From Ylistrum balloti (Eukaryota), in contig NW_026782087.1 in NCBI RefSeq assembly GCF_031769215.1, positions 806,001-870,000 of the forward strand: a DNA stretch of 64,000 nt, given 5' to 3'. The notes beneath the pieces are model-generated. The model was not told the DNA's origin. It did not search any database and saw only the letters and a list, made by a program, of their open reading frames with translations. How positions within the stretch are numbered: position 1 is the first letter of the stretch; the number at the start of each line of letters is the position of its first letter. Shown here piece after piece: positions 13,429 through 38,272 of this stretch. Made by a program: the position numbers and the translations under genes.

Positions 13429-13751
13429 CTGAACTAATAAGTAAGTATATTAGAATGTAGCAATGCTTGTTTGTTTTCCTAATATTGATATTAGTATACT
13501 CAGCATGTAAGTCGCTCCAATCCCCTGACCTCTCAAGGGACCATTAGGGTCACAGAGTCCAAGTTCTCAGGAGTCTAATGGGGATCAGAAACTATACACA
13601 ACAAGAGACTCTACTCCAGAGGGTTTTCTGGTTGGGCCATTAGGGATCACTGAGTGTAAAATATTTTTCAAAATTTTAGAAAGTGTTGGTCATATTTTTA
13701 TGAAACTCTACAGAAATCATTGATATGTAGCAACAGTCAGAATCTATACTC

Positions 13752-14960
13752 ATTTTAGTGGTCATAGCTCGGGGCGCTGAGGGTCAGTCATTAGTGGTGG
13801 TCACGGCTTAGGGTGCTGAAGGTCAGTCATTAGTGGTGGTCATAGCTCAGGGTGCTGAGGGTCAGTCATTAGTGGTGGTCATAGCTCAGGGTGCTGAGGG
13901 TCAGTCATTAGTGGTGATCACAGCTCAGGGTGCTGAGGGTCAGTCATTAGTGGTGGTCATAGCTCAGGATGCTGAGGGTCAGTCATAGTGGCAATCACGG
14001 CTCAAGGTGCTGAGGGTCAGTCGTTAGTGGTGATCACGGCTCAGGGTGCTGAGGGCGAGTCATAGTGGCAATCACGGCTCAGAGGGTGCGGAGGGTGAGT
14101 CATAGTGGAGATCACGGCTCAGGGTGCTGAGGGTCAGTCATAGTGGCAGTCACGGCTCAGGGTGCTGATAGTCAGTCATTAGTGGTGGTCACGGCTTAGG
14201 GTGCTGAGGGTCAGTCATTAGTGGTGATCACAGCTCAGAGTGCTGAGGGTCAGTCATAGTGGCAGTCACGGCTCAGAGTGCTGAGGGTCAGTCATTAGTG
14301 GTGGTCATGGCTCAGGGTGCTGAGGGTCAGTCCTAGTGGTGATCATGGCTCAGGGTGCTGAGGGTCAGTCCTATTGTTTATCACGGCTCAGGGTGCTGAG
14401 GGTCAGTCATAGTGGCAATCACGGCTCAGAGTGCTGAGGGTCAGTCCTAGTACTGATCACGGCTCAGAGTGCTGATAGTCAGTCATTAGTGGTGGTCCTG
14501 GCTTAGGGTGCTGAGGGTCAGTCATTAGTGGTGATCACGGCTCAGGGTGCTGAGTGTCAGTCATTAGTGCTGATCACGCCTCAGGGTGCTGAGGGTCAGT
14601 CATTAGTGCTGATCACGGCTCAGGGTGCTGAGGGTCAGTCATTAGTGCTGATCACGGCTCAGGGTGCTGAGGGTCAGTCATTAGTGGTGATCACGGCTCA
14701 GGGTGCTGAGGGTCAGTCATTAGTGCTGATCACGGCTCAGGGTGCTGAGGGTCAGTCAATAGTGTTGATCACGGCTCAGGGTGCTGAGGGTCAGTCATTA
14801 GTGCTGATCACGGCTCAGGGCGCTGAGGGTCAGTCATTAGTGCTGATCACGGCTCAGGGTGCTGAGGGTCAGTCATTAGTGGTGATCATTGCTTAGGGTG
14901 CTCAGAGTACTGAGGGTCAGTCATTAGTGGTGGTCATGGCTTAGGGTGCTAAGGGTCGAC
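13752..14960. repeat. About 39-bp tandem repeat, about 30 copies
   Basis: Unit ggctcagggtgctgagggtcagtcattagtggtgatcac; it explains the AQGAEGQSLVLIT repeat ORF at 14528-14896. Confidence 0.95.
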
Positions 14961-16509
14961 ATTAGTAGCAATAGAGTCTTGCTTCACTTCATTAGTAATA
15001 AAGACAAGAATCCTATATGAAATACCTGACTTGTATGATATATATAATGGCTGTCATAACAATCATCTTGAAACCCTTGTTATCACTATTCATCCTGAGA
15101 GAAAGGGTCTACAATAGTTAAAAGAGCCTGTTCCATGATCTTAAATTCATATATCCTTTTGCCTCCTAAGTACATAATTATACAGAAATCAGATTTCCAT
15201 AAGTAAAACACCCTAAGTGTAATGATAGGACAGATCCAGAGTTGGTCCTAGATGAACTTTGGACCCATGTGACCTATAAGGTTGTAATCAATCTTTGAAA
15301 AAATTGTGTTTTCTACTTTATTTATACAGAAAGTCGTATTGAGGCAGGACTTTCAATAATGAGGTTATAGACCAAAGATACTCCGAACTGAAGTTTTGAC
15401 CTGTGTGACATTCAAAATGGTCCCCATGGTTTGGTCCACAAAATTCCCATTAACTTCAATTAGGACCTTATCATGTCCATCTTGAAAAACTACTTTTTAA
15501 CAGAGAGTCGAATGAAGTCAAGACTTTTATTACAATGTATTGACTGTTGTGTCTGGTCAACAGATGGTCTTATTAAATTCATACCATCGGGATATATTTT
15601 GATATGAACATGAGAAGTTGCTTTCTATGTAAATTGTAATGGGGATTTTCAACAAATCATGTCTATAGTAAATTTCCATTTAACATTTACCTGCTCTCAA
15701 ATATCTCAGCCAACCATCAATGGGCTTTCTTCAAAAATGTTTTGTGTCTTATACAGAAAGCATTAAAAGAGGGCACTTATGCAGAGGATAAATTACGTTA
15801 ATTTAAGATTCATAAATGACAGGTTTCAGTTGGGTTTTTTTTAACCATATTTTTATTTAACTTTAAACATTGTATTTCAGTCTGAGTAGGATTCCCTACA
15901 AAGCTGCTTGTTTGCGGGCCTAATTTCCTAAGATTGTCTCTGTTTTTTCTTTTTTGTGTTTTGTATAATATTATGTTGTTTATGAAGTTTTTACCTTAGG
16001 TATTGTAAACTTAATTTGAAATGGCACAGAAATGTTTCAGACATAGTCCCATCATCAGATACCTACAATGATTTAAATATCCATGCTTTATTGGCAGAGA
16101 AAAAAGGAAGAGATCTTGGAAAATTAAGTAAAAAGTTTGATAAGTTGAAATTTGAGTTAAGTATTTTTGGGTCTGGTGAAATATACCATGTCCTTTTTTT
16201 CAATATAGTGCATTAAACAGATCTATTGTTATTTTTATTGTAACCTTCTGAGTAAGTTTTGTCTCATTTAAAGAGTATATTATTGAATTGCAGCATTTTC
16301 AAAACTGAAACCTGTTCCCTGTTGTAGTAATTTTACATTATAAATATGTAATCAATGTTGAAACTGTTTTATATACATGTAGTCAGAGTCTCAGTAGATT
16401 AGTTTTGGTATTGGGAAATACTAATTTGCTAAATTACTAATTTCGTGGATTTTGTTGTTGAAATGTCCTAATATCATCCAGCTGCACATGTTAAGGAAAC
16501 AGGAATGTC

Positions 16510-16568
16510 CAGATAAACAGATAAACAGATAAACAGATAAATAGATAAATAGATAAACAGATAAACAG
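16510..16568. repeat. (CAGATAAA)n 8-bp microsatellite
   Basis: About 7 copies of cagataaa/tagataaa. Confidence 0.85.
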
Positions 16569-17777
16569 AGATGAGGGCGACTTGTCATATTTCTATTTTC
16601 TACTTTTATTGTTAAAGTAATATTTTTCCTAGTTTATATTTTCATGGGTTGTCTATTTGTTGAAATGTAAATCTGACTGGTTTTTAAAATTGTTTTTTTT
16701 ACCTTATAAGTTTATCGTTTAATATCCATTAGCTACTCTTTATTATACATTCGTCCAACAAGAAGCATAGGATGTTGTCCTTTGTAAAAAAAATCTCTGA
16801 AGGTGTCCAGTCATAATATACTGTACAAATATGAATGATGTGTTTTGTTTAATAGATTAAAACAGAGTACTATAGCATTATACTTTTTATTGAGATATAT
16901 AATTTTGTAAGTTCATCTAATATATACCCACTAAGTAGCATTTGGAAGCCAAAAATAGCCAATTCAGTACTTGTAAAATTTATTTAAGATATGTAAGACA
17001 TTATTTCTATACATCTATATGGTGCCTGAAGAGCAAATATGGTGTTTTTCCCCAAAACTGTTTAAATACTTTGTAATGTACAATCAGCCAAATATTTCTG
17101 TTCCACATTTTAAATGTGCTACAGACCATGATAGTCAATCTGGAGTAGTTACCAGTTATTGTTAAACTGATGTTTATATTACAGACTGTATCAAATATAT
17201 ACACTAGCTGTGACTAACTGTGATAACTTTACCAACATATATGTATATTATTTATTTCCAGCCCATGAACTTGATAGTAAATCTGATTGTCTCACCATTT
17301 TTAATAGAAGAAATCCATAGACTTACCATTAATCCAGTTATGTTTATGATACTTGTTCATTGTTATTTTGGTTTTGATGGTGCAACTGTCCAGGTAATAT
17401 AGCTGTTTAATATTATAATATTATGGTACTTAAAATGTATACTTGTTCAGGAAATACCATTTCACCATTTTTAAGATTTTTTTATAAGACAATCCCAAAA
17501 ATCACTAGATGATCTCATACTTTTGTTTGAAGTGATATTAATTCATGTTTATTAAACAGCAATATCTAAATTGACAATATTCAGCTAAAATGTGAATATT
17601 TTTTAATTTAATAATTTAATTTTTATTATAATCTATAAAATGTTAATACTTTCACTTTTATATAGCTTGTGAATATAATTACATATATAATTATTTCTTC
17701 ACTTCCAAACCTTCCATTAATTGGAATAATTTGATATAACAGTTTCTATAACCGCAGTTTTAATTTTAATCCAATGT

Positions 17778-17990
17778 TAAATTTTGTCTCATCCTTTCTA
17801 CTAATTGTTGTTTAGTGTCTTTCAAAGAATTATCAGTGTTAAATTTTGTCTCATGCTTTCTATAATTGTTGTTGAGTGTCTTTCAAAGAATTATCAGATT
17901 GTGTTAAATTTTGTCTCATCCTTTCTACTGACTGTTGTTTAGTGTCTTTCAAAGAATTATCAGTGTTAAATTTTGTCTCATGCTTTCTAC
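17778..17990. repeat. About 60-bp tandem repeat, 3-4 copies
   Basis: Recurring tgttaaattttgtctcat...gtgtctttcaaagaattatcag. Confidence 0.85.
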
Positions 17991-19062
17991 CCCTTGTTTA
18001 CATTTGAAGATTCATTTATTTATCTATACTGGTCTTTCTGTGTGCATAGAAACCAACATATTTCAAAATGATGTAAATAAATCATGAATAATGCATGAAA
18101 TTTGTCCAGTGAACTTATACTGAAGTTTCAATATCACCAAAATGATGCACATCAAACTTTATGCATATGTAGTGATAATTGATAGCTTCCAAATGATACC
18201 TTTTAACAAATAACTGGATACAGTGCAACTCTTTGAAGCTCAAGCTTAGAACTGGCTTTGTCACCCCACCCAAGTTTGTGTAGGTGACAAATCTACTTCC
18301 TAGGAATGTCAGATTTAATGGTCACTGCTGCTATGTCCTTCATTATGGTGTTAAATGTGATTACATTTTCTGAGGATTATCATCCCTGTTTTTGTGTTTT
18401 GTTTTTAGTTTTATTTTGTTTTGTTGTGTTTTTCTCCCATTTATATAATTGCTTTTTGAAACCCTTATCCAATACTGTCCAAATAACTTGTAATTAGTAA
18501 CAAATGTTTGCTTTACAGTTTACTGCAAATGAAAAGATGTGATGTTTTTCCTTTCATTACTTTTCTTTTTGTGATGAATTTTACATATGATTTCTCTTGG
18601 CCAAATAAGTTCTTGTTAACATTTCTTTACTTAGAGCCTGGTAAAAGTCTCAGATACGTATCAGGAAAGGTGAATGAATATGAAATATAAATAATTAGTT
18701 TTAATTTAATCAGAGCTGTGATATTTTATATTGCCTAAACTAAACTTCATAAATATTGCAGATAAATTTGAAACAATTTAAGATAAAAAATTGAGTTATA
18801 TATTACTGATTGCTTGTTAAAGTGTCAGAATCAATTAGGTTAATTTGTAACACTGTATAACTGTATTTCTGATAAACAAATACAGAAAACGTTTCTGTGG
18901 AACTGTAATGATTTTTGTTACTTTTTTTCCCCCTGTTGAGAATTTATGATGACTAATTACACTTATGTGTTGCTTATTTTAATGATACTGCATGCTGGTT
19001 GTATGTTAGGGAAAGTATTTTAATAAAACATTGTTTAGTTTCATTTACAGAATTTGTTTTCT

Positions 19063-19356
19063 TTTTTTAATCTCCTAGTCCAAACAGCCAGGTCAGTTTA
19101 TGTGGAGGTGCAGCATCCGTCGTCAACTTTTCTCTTTAAACAATATCTCAATAACCAATGGACCAAATGTTTGGTATTTGGCTGGTTTGTTCCTAGGATG
19201 AAGCCCAACAAAGTTTGTGAAAAAGAAATGACCTTGACCTTTATTCAAGGTCACAGGGGTCAAATTTGTTAAAATCTTTAAATGGCTTCTCCTGAACTAA
19301 AAGTGCTAAAGGCATGATATTTGGCAGGGGAACAATGCAGGCCCATTGGGCCTCTT
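19063..19356 (+). mobile_element. Short non-autonomous element of the Helentron-associated (HINE) type
   Basis: T-run start, internal tgaccttgacc...tcaaggtca palindrome, and end ggcccattgggcctctt. A similar end (ggcccatggacctcttgtt) occurs at about 6570-6590. Family assignment is from recall of bivalve repeats. Confidence 0.5.
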
Positions 19357-19664
19357 TTTTTTTTTTTAAGAATGTTATTTTCCTGGGTCACAAGAAATGC
19401 CAGATTGACAATGTGATTGATAAAAAGACACCCATCATTCTGAATCATGTTCAATTTCAGCAGGTTTGCTTACAATGAAATTTGTTAAATTCTTTACATA
19501 CATATGGCTCCAATCACACACCATCTAATCTGACCTAAAGGTAGAGTTTAACAATTTAACCTGCTGTACCCATTGCATGATCATTGAAGATGAATAAATG
19601 TGGGATATTAATATCTTCTTAAACATACTTTATCCTTCGTAATGCCTTTCTTTGCATTTCCTCA

Positions 19665-19880
19665 CTTTTGGTCATAATGTTGGGTGTGGTAATGCACTCA
19701 CTTTTCACCTCTTTTGTCCTGGGTTCGATTCCCAGAAAAGATATGAAAATACAGGTGGTAGATTCTCTGATCGTGTCCTCTTTCCTCCCACAGTATGTCC
19801 CCTCACATGCTTACGTCTGGGCCAACAAGTGTTTAGTATAAATTGCTGTATCGTTATTTACAAATGTAAAATAAATAAAT
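19665..19880 (+). mobile_element. Degenerate tRNA-derived SINE
   Basis: B-box gggttcgattccc at 19721-19733, a weak A-box upstream, a core-like ...tttcctcccac... segment and an A-rich tail (aaataaataaa). Confidence 0.5.
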
Positions 19881-20588
19881 TTTATATCTATTTTTATGTT
19901 GGATGTCCATCAACAGTCCATAAATTTGATTTAAGGTACAAGAAGACTGCATTGACTGTATAATTTGACCTCGTTAAGCATCATGCTACATTGTGACCTC
20001 ATCATCATTAGATACCATCTTAAAATGACTATAGTGATTTGAAGAATATAAAACCATGGAAGTTCGACAGAGTATGTGGTTAACTACAAAGTGTCAGAAG
20101 TTTTCTATATATCCTGTAAAAAACACCAAGAGGTTGTGTCAGCCATGGGTTGTTTCAAAATTTATTTAGTTTAATTAGTAAGATTATCCACGATAGTTTG
20201 TTATCAACACATTATGCATCAATATCTCTTTTGATATCACAAAGCACATTAATCTTAATAGTTAAAAACAAAACCTGCTTCTTTCATCAAGGTGTGCTCA
20301 AATATCCACTTCACAAGGGAGACCTTGTATCTGTGTAAACAGAAAAATCACTCTTCATTTCTGTTACATGAGAGAGCACATACTCCTCTGACTGATGTTC
20401 CTATGTATGCCACTGATATTTCCATATGTGGACATTGTCCCCAACTGATTCTTCCATCCTCTTATTGCCACCTACTATTTTTATTCTATTTGTTGGTGGA
20501 ACATCTGACCTAGACACTGACCCCTGAGCAATTGACAAGTTGAGAATTGATCCCCACATTAAGGTTATGTTATAAGTTCAGTCCTTAG

Positions 20589-23500
20589 TCAGTACTCGAG
20601 CCATTCCTTCATGTAAACACAATTTGTTGGTGACACTGGACCTCCTTCACAGCACTGGTCAAATACCTGTAGAGGAAAAAGCAGATGTATTTAGTCTCTA
20701 GATGTATTTAGTTTCCAGATTAATCAAATTAAATAAACTAATCCCCAAACATCTTTCAAACAAATACTTTGAACATAAACCACAAATGAATACGAGTTAA
20801 TTACTGACAGTGAAAAGGAGTAACAATCATCATTATGGGCAATGTAAGGCATGAGAGTTAGATCACTTCACAGCAGTCTTCCAGGAACCAATTTCATAAC
20901 AAAAGTCACCTGGCATGACAATTCATCCCAAGTCTGGATATTTAAGGAGTTGATTTGACCTACAAGAACTGGGGTGATTAAATAGAAACCAAAATGGGAC
21001 AAACAAGCATGATATGATCCCCTCAAATTTTCATCATAATGATAAAGTTACTATTTCTGGACATTTTTTTAACTTGGTTAAACTATTCATATTACTAAAG
21101 CAATATTTTTTTATCGGGTGATAAAAAAAAGTACAGCTCTATCAAAATTGATTTTAAGTTTTAACATTATGACATTTTACGAAAAATAATAAAAATTGGA
21201 AACTGCAAAAGTAATAGAAAAAGTAATTAGGCAAAACAATACCATGTATACAGTGAAAATCAAAATTCTTCCTTTATGAAATACAGAAGTATTAAACATG
21301 GACATCATAAAAATATCGACATACAGGACAAGATCCGCAGGGCATCCTCATAAGCCCAGTGGTAGGTACAAGTGGTTTTATTGCACGGTACAGCTTGGAA
21401 CTGGCCTCTCCTGTACTAGATGATGCTGTCACAGATCGTTCCACTTTCCCATCATATATAAGGGTATCCATGATTGTTTCAATATCATCCACAGATAGCT
21501 GAACCTGAATAAGAAATTTCAGATTTTAGCCTTGCAACAATCATTGATATCTGTAATATTTGAATATATTTTACGCCTGTTTTTATGTATCTTTCAGTTG
21601 CAATATTTCGATGACATTATAATATATCTTAGCCAACTATGTATTGTAATAATGTTTGTTCTACATTGTATCTTATAATTAATTAATATTCATAGTTTAT
21701 GTATTTTATGTACCGGTAACATCCAGTGTAACATCTTTCTGTGATATGTGTATATATTTTACGGCAGGGCCATATTGTAAACTAGACTTGTCTAAATATG
21801 CAACCCTGGATAAATAAAAGATATTATTAAGATAAACAACAATATTAAACAAAAGTAAACTAATAAACTACATGCCATCACCATACATTGTAAGAATCCC
21901 ACTCACATCTATATTAGTTTAGTTTCACTGGTTTTAGCAAAATTGCAACCAAATGTTTAGAGTAGTTTCTATTTGTTCTGAAGGCTTAGTCCAGGATAAG
22001 CATGGCATCAATTTTAACACACAGTACACTGTTGAGTAGCATTTACTCATTTTGTAATACATTATCCTGTTTATTGACTGATCAAGACCAAAGAAACAAT
22101 ATTGTTTCTATCATGCTCTGTGGGTCTGGAATAATTGGAGGTCAATCATTTATTGGACTTCCTTTTAACTTTTATGATATCTTAACACAAAGAGCTTTTC
22201 TTATTTGAGGAAAGAAGAACATTAGAAGAGTTGTGCGTTAATAGTAAACAAAGTCTCATTGCTATGGAATAAGACTTTCATACAACAGAAGAGTTGTGCA
22301 TCAATAGTAAACAAGGTCTCATTGCTATGGAATAAGACTTTCATACAACAGAAGAGTTGTGCATCAATAGTAATCAAGATCTATGAGTTTACCTTACTAA
22401 TGCCTAGCTCTGAGATATATTTCCAGACATCAGATAATGAAGTAAAGGCTGCATTCCTCTGTGCTATTGGGTCTACCTGGTTCTCCCTGGCGATGGCAGC
22501 CTGAACACATGAACATGGATACAGCATATACCATAATATCACAAATTTTCTGCTATGTGCCTATTCCTTTTGTTTCTGCATCAGTACAAAAGATGGCTGA
22601 CTATAAATTTCTTTTAGAACTTTGCACCCTTTAATAATGCCTATATTTACTGTGTGTGTTACCACCTTGTCTTGAACAATGTGTATTCCTATCTTCTTGA
22701 ACAATGTGTATTCCTATCTTCAAAAATGGAAGAAAAATGATTTGTCCTTATATCATCTGAAAGCATCTTAAAGCACCTTGCATTAAATGTCAGGCAAGAT
22801 TAAAATGAACACCACACCTTCTGTTCCAAATATTTGAAGCACTGTTGATTAAGAACCTCTACAAATTCTGACTCGAAGTCTTGGTCACTATACCAGGCTC
22901 CTCCAGTCACTGTCCGGTCTGGCTCCAAGTTGTATAACATGTAGACTTTCTTCTTCGAGGCCTACCAGACAAGTTCAGAGACAAAACAAATGGGCTGTTA
23001 GTAAGGAATACCCAAATGTCAAGTTAATTTATAGAAAACTGTGAATAACTTGAGAATAAATGGGAATTTGGGAAGATACACCAAATAAATTTCTTCCTTT
23101 TGGCAAAAAAGAAGAAAGAAAAAAAAAAAAGAAAAGGAAAAACAACATAAGTGATACATCCAATTTTCTGCAGTAAAAACCTGACAAAAAAAGTTTTCTA
23201 TCTGCAAATTATTACCTGTTTATATTTCATTAGAGGTAAAGCATTGTTTTAAAATGATATTTATAAGAAGAAACACGTGATCAAATTGTCTTTAAATCAC
23301 ACATCACATCCAAGTAAAGCCTACCGTGTATATTTTCAACTTTCATAAAAGCTCTTTTAATTAACAAGAAAATTATAGTTGAATTTGAGATGAATGGGAA
23401 GATATTTTTAAATAATTTGTTCACATTCCCAACAATAGATAAATGTGGAAAGACATGGATACCTGCACTATTATTCATTTAAATTCTATACAAAAGTAAC

Positions 23501-26500
23501 ATTTTTAATTAACTTTGATTACTTTGCCAGAGTATTGAAAACTTACCGCCACAGACTTTACAGCTTTTATCAATTTCTTGCTCTCTAAATTTTTCAGTAT
23601 CTTGTTGACTTGTGTTAACAGAAGGTTGCACTTGTATCTGATGTCCCTAATCCAAATACCTGTGTTAAAAGACAAAGTTTCTCTTATTCTTGAACTTAGC
23701 AATATTACTTAAAGTGTGACTTTCAAAGAGATAATACAATAACATTAGGAGTGGGTTGGGGCAGTGGTTTACCAAACATTGAGAACTTCATTGCTGAATC
23801 ATTTCTTGTAAAGATATCTACAATGTCAGGATCAACAATACTAAAGGTGATTGACAACTGTACCAGATATGTAAAGAAAAATATCATGAATGTAATAATA
23901 CTTAATCTTCTAAAAAGGGTGTACCAATTCAAAGTTCAGTTCAGAATCACAGTGGTTTTGTGAGTTGTCACAAGATAACTTCATAACTTCAGAAGCACTG
24001 AAAATTTACCATGTGTTTACAAAGGTAAAAGTTTCAATTACTTCTTTAGAGACCCAACCCAGCAGGGAGAAAATATTTAACTATTGTATTGGCATTTTAA
24101 ATTTCCTCCTAATTCTGAAAATACTTTCAGATAACTTCAGTTTAAAGTAAAATTGATAATCAAAAATGTTTTCAAAGTTAATAGAATGACAATTATGCAG
24201 AATGTTTTCCGGTGCACTATAATATCATGTATTCACATTATTAATGGAAATTATATTTTATAATCAATATATTTAAATTTTGAAACGTTTAAGTGTTTAG
24301 ATATCATGTCTCAATCAAGGAAAAACTAATAATTACCTTTGTTGCCAGCATCCTTTATAATCTGATAGACCAACTTCTCTTGGTTGTCAGACCCTTTTGC
24401 TTGACTGAAATAACAAATTAAATCATCAACAACCTCTCTAATCTGAATCCTGTATAATCAGGAAGTCTGTGTATTCTGAACCTTCATCACTGAATTATGA
24501 CAATTTTACATGTAACCTACACATCACATTTCATATCTCTAATTTAAACATCAAGAGACAAAACATGCTTCTAGCCAACAGCTTTGCCTATCTGCACCGA
24601 ACAAATATCTGGGCAAATTTCTTCAAGTGTGAACAGGTGTTTTAAATGGTATTTAAGTAAGTAGCCTCACAACCAATTCTATTGCTTATTTGTATATAAT
24701 GGTATTATATGTTATGGTTCGACATTCATTAACCACTTTCACTTCTAAATTATGATTTGAACAGGTCAGATCAGATTGATTTCATTAAATCTGAGGAATT
24801 GGCATCTCTTCTCTCAGCAATCAAGTTTTCCTTAAGAACCACAGGGACAGGAGTCAAGACATACATATGGATCATAACTTATTACAGTAAATGTGGAGAA
24901 CTATATTCTGTTTCAATGCATTACCAAAGCCAACTTGACATATCTTGTACAATTTATGCCTATGTGCCTTAGTATCAGTGTCATGAAGATATTAGGAATT
25001 CACTAAGCAGTTTACTTGGGTGGAGGACAACTCATTTTACTTAAACAAATTACCTTGAATTTATCATGCTAAATTTTAAATCTCAAATGATTTCATGTAT
25101 TAAAGCATATGTGAATCCTAGAACCCTTTGCAAATTGATATTTGAGCTTTCAACATAATCCGTCTACCAATACAGGCTGTGACATTGTGTTGATCCAAGA
25201 AGTCTGTGATGGTTTTTATGATGGGTACATATGAAACACCATGATATAAATTGTTACCTGGCAGCATCCGGATCTTTTAGTTTATACACCAGTTTAGTGC
25301 CTCGCTTCAACAAATCAACTTTTCCCTGTAAACAGACATAGCATCAAATGAGCATTTCCATTGAAAATATAATAAATGGATTTCACACCAATGTCAAATT
25401 ACATATCAAGGATAGTTTAACAATCTTTTCTAAGTAATGAACTGAAATTTGTTGTGTAAGAGGGGTTGGGAAAGGGAGGAGTGTAAATATTGATAAAAAA
25501 TGTTACAGAGATAAAAATATGGTCAAAGTTAAAACAACTAGGAGTAAAGTATATGTACCCTCTCAATGAAACTTGTGACTACAAGCTTGTGCCATGCCAC
25601 CCCAATAAATCTCAACATCACAAATCATATATGACCTTTTTAGGGTGCATGCATCAATATGGGCGCCCGTGCCTTTTTTTTCAGGAAAATTTCTTGGTTG
25701 AGCATCCAGTTGTGTTTAGAAATGATAAAAAGAATTACTACACCTACTTTTTTTATTCAGAATATATAAACAGGCCTATTCTGAGGATTACTATGACTGC
25801 ACTGTGGACACTGAAAGCATACCTGATTTCAATGTCCAGGGCTAGTACAGTTGTTTCAAATTTCTACTTAATCTCAGTTGAACTGGAAGCTGTCTGCTAC
25901 ATACATATCACCTATAGTTCATTTCAAAAAACTTCCAAATTTTAAGTAATATTAAAGGCGCCCTTGGTCTTCAATCACCCGCACCCTGCACCCTTATTAG
26001 GTCATATACAGTATGTCTCAAGATAGATTTCATACCTGTACTCACCACGTCTGAAAATCAAAATGTCAAATGTTTCAGCCAAAGAGAGTTTTGGATTGAC
26101 CATAATGACCATTATCATATTTGATACACATGTCCCTAATTTTTCTCTGAAAGTATGTTCATTGTTGCATAAAACAAAATTTTTAATAGCACTCAATGTC
26201 ACTGACCAATTTTACTTAATCATACCGTTGACAGTAGTCTATTGATGGCAGTAACCCGCTGCTTGGCATTACACTGTGGAAATTCCTGTTGTATAATTTC
26301 ATCTGTTATCCCATCTGTATACGTCTGACAGAGCTCAATAAATCTAGACAATGAAAAATAATTCATATTCTCAAAGCAGTCTATAAATATCTCTCTCTGC
26401 TATTTGAAGAATCAAATTCATAAATCAGTACCCCCCTCAAAATATCAAAAAGGCCCATACTATGGTATAACATTGTAATAAAATTTATATTTTCATATCA

Positions 26501-26993
26501 AAAGATACATAGTTTGTTAATGACACATTTATAATTGTTCAATATAGATATCAAAATTTCTTGTTTGTTTGGTTGGTTTTTTTTAGCAATTTCAATATTT
26601 TTCAAACTGTCGTTGGAAGTTGTAAGCTTTAAAACTTTCTTAATATTTTTCAGTGTTTTTTTCACATCATGTAGATTGTAGCGAGACGATTGTCATGGCT
26701 CTTCTGTACAACATAGAGTCTTTGTGAGTTTAGTGACACTGTCATCAAAAGGGATGACAGTCACAGGTCTGAAACACATATAGACATTCTTTGCATATGT
26801 TTTAAAGAGCTTTGTGTGTCTTAAATATCAAGCTCTTAACAGGTTAACAACACTAGGGGTCCGATACTGATGCAAAAAAAAATCGCCCGATGCATGTGGC
26901 ACATAAAACCCTGTGACATGTAACATATTGTCACCTTGTTTCCAAATCTATAGCTTCATCTGGTTCTTCTTTGACAGATACAGACGTTGCCAT
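20589..26993 (-). CDS. POLR3F: RNA polymerase III subunit RPC6/C34 (RPC39), about 311 aa
   Basis: Exons in transcript order: 26993-26935, 26343-26226, 25325-25258, 24404-24337, 23659-23547, 22961-22818, 22500-22393, 21504-21325, 20666-20589 (936 nt, phase-consistent). Motifs KGSDNQEKLVYQII, GGAWYSDQDFESEFVEVLNQQC, and the C-terminal Cys cluster PCGSCPVFDQCCEGGPVSPTNC. Confidence 0.96.
22205..22372. repeat. 63-bp tandem repeat, about 2.5 copies, in a POLR3F intron
   Basis: agaagagttgtgc...aatagtaaacaa.gtctcattgctatggaataagactttcatacaac repeated. Confidence 0.85.
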
Positions 26994-27249
26994 TTTTAAC
27001 TTTCAGCGTTTTCCGTCATCTTTTCAATCTCCGGCTGTTTACTTTTTCACCGGATGTTGCATGTGGTTTATGCCATCGCAGAAAACAAATATCATTTTAT
27101 AAAATAAACCTTTTGTCAATTACAAATATGAATATCTCTTTTTTGTAATATCTTGATGACAAAGGGGGGTTCAATATATTTTTTGGTTGAGCATTTTAAT
27201 ATTTTGAATTTCTTCCATTTACTGCGTTATCGCTATAAACATGACTGTA
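26994..27249. promoter_or_regulatory. Bidirectional promoter and 5' UTRs, POLR3F/KAT5
   Basis: Divergent start codons only 256 bp apart; CpG-containing; the KAT5 ATG lies in an ATGGCGG (YY1-like) context. Confidence 0.75.

Positions 27250-38272
<11,023 letters not shown>

Noticed and set aside
14528-14896. 122-aa repetitive ORF (AQGAEGQSLVLIT)n
   Set aside because: It is the by-product of a 39-bp unit (a multiple of 3). Neighbouring units have indels and stops, and it starts at GTG.
25490-25945. 151-aa + strand ORF in a POLR3F intron
   Set aside because: TTG start, low-information composition and no motifs; consistent with chance.
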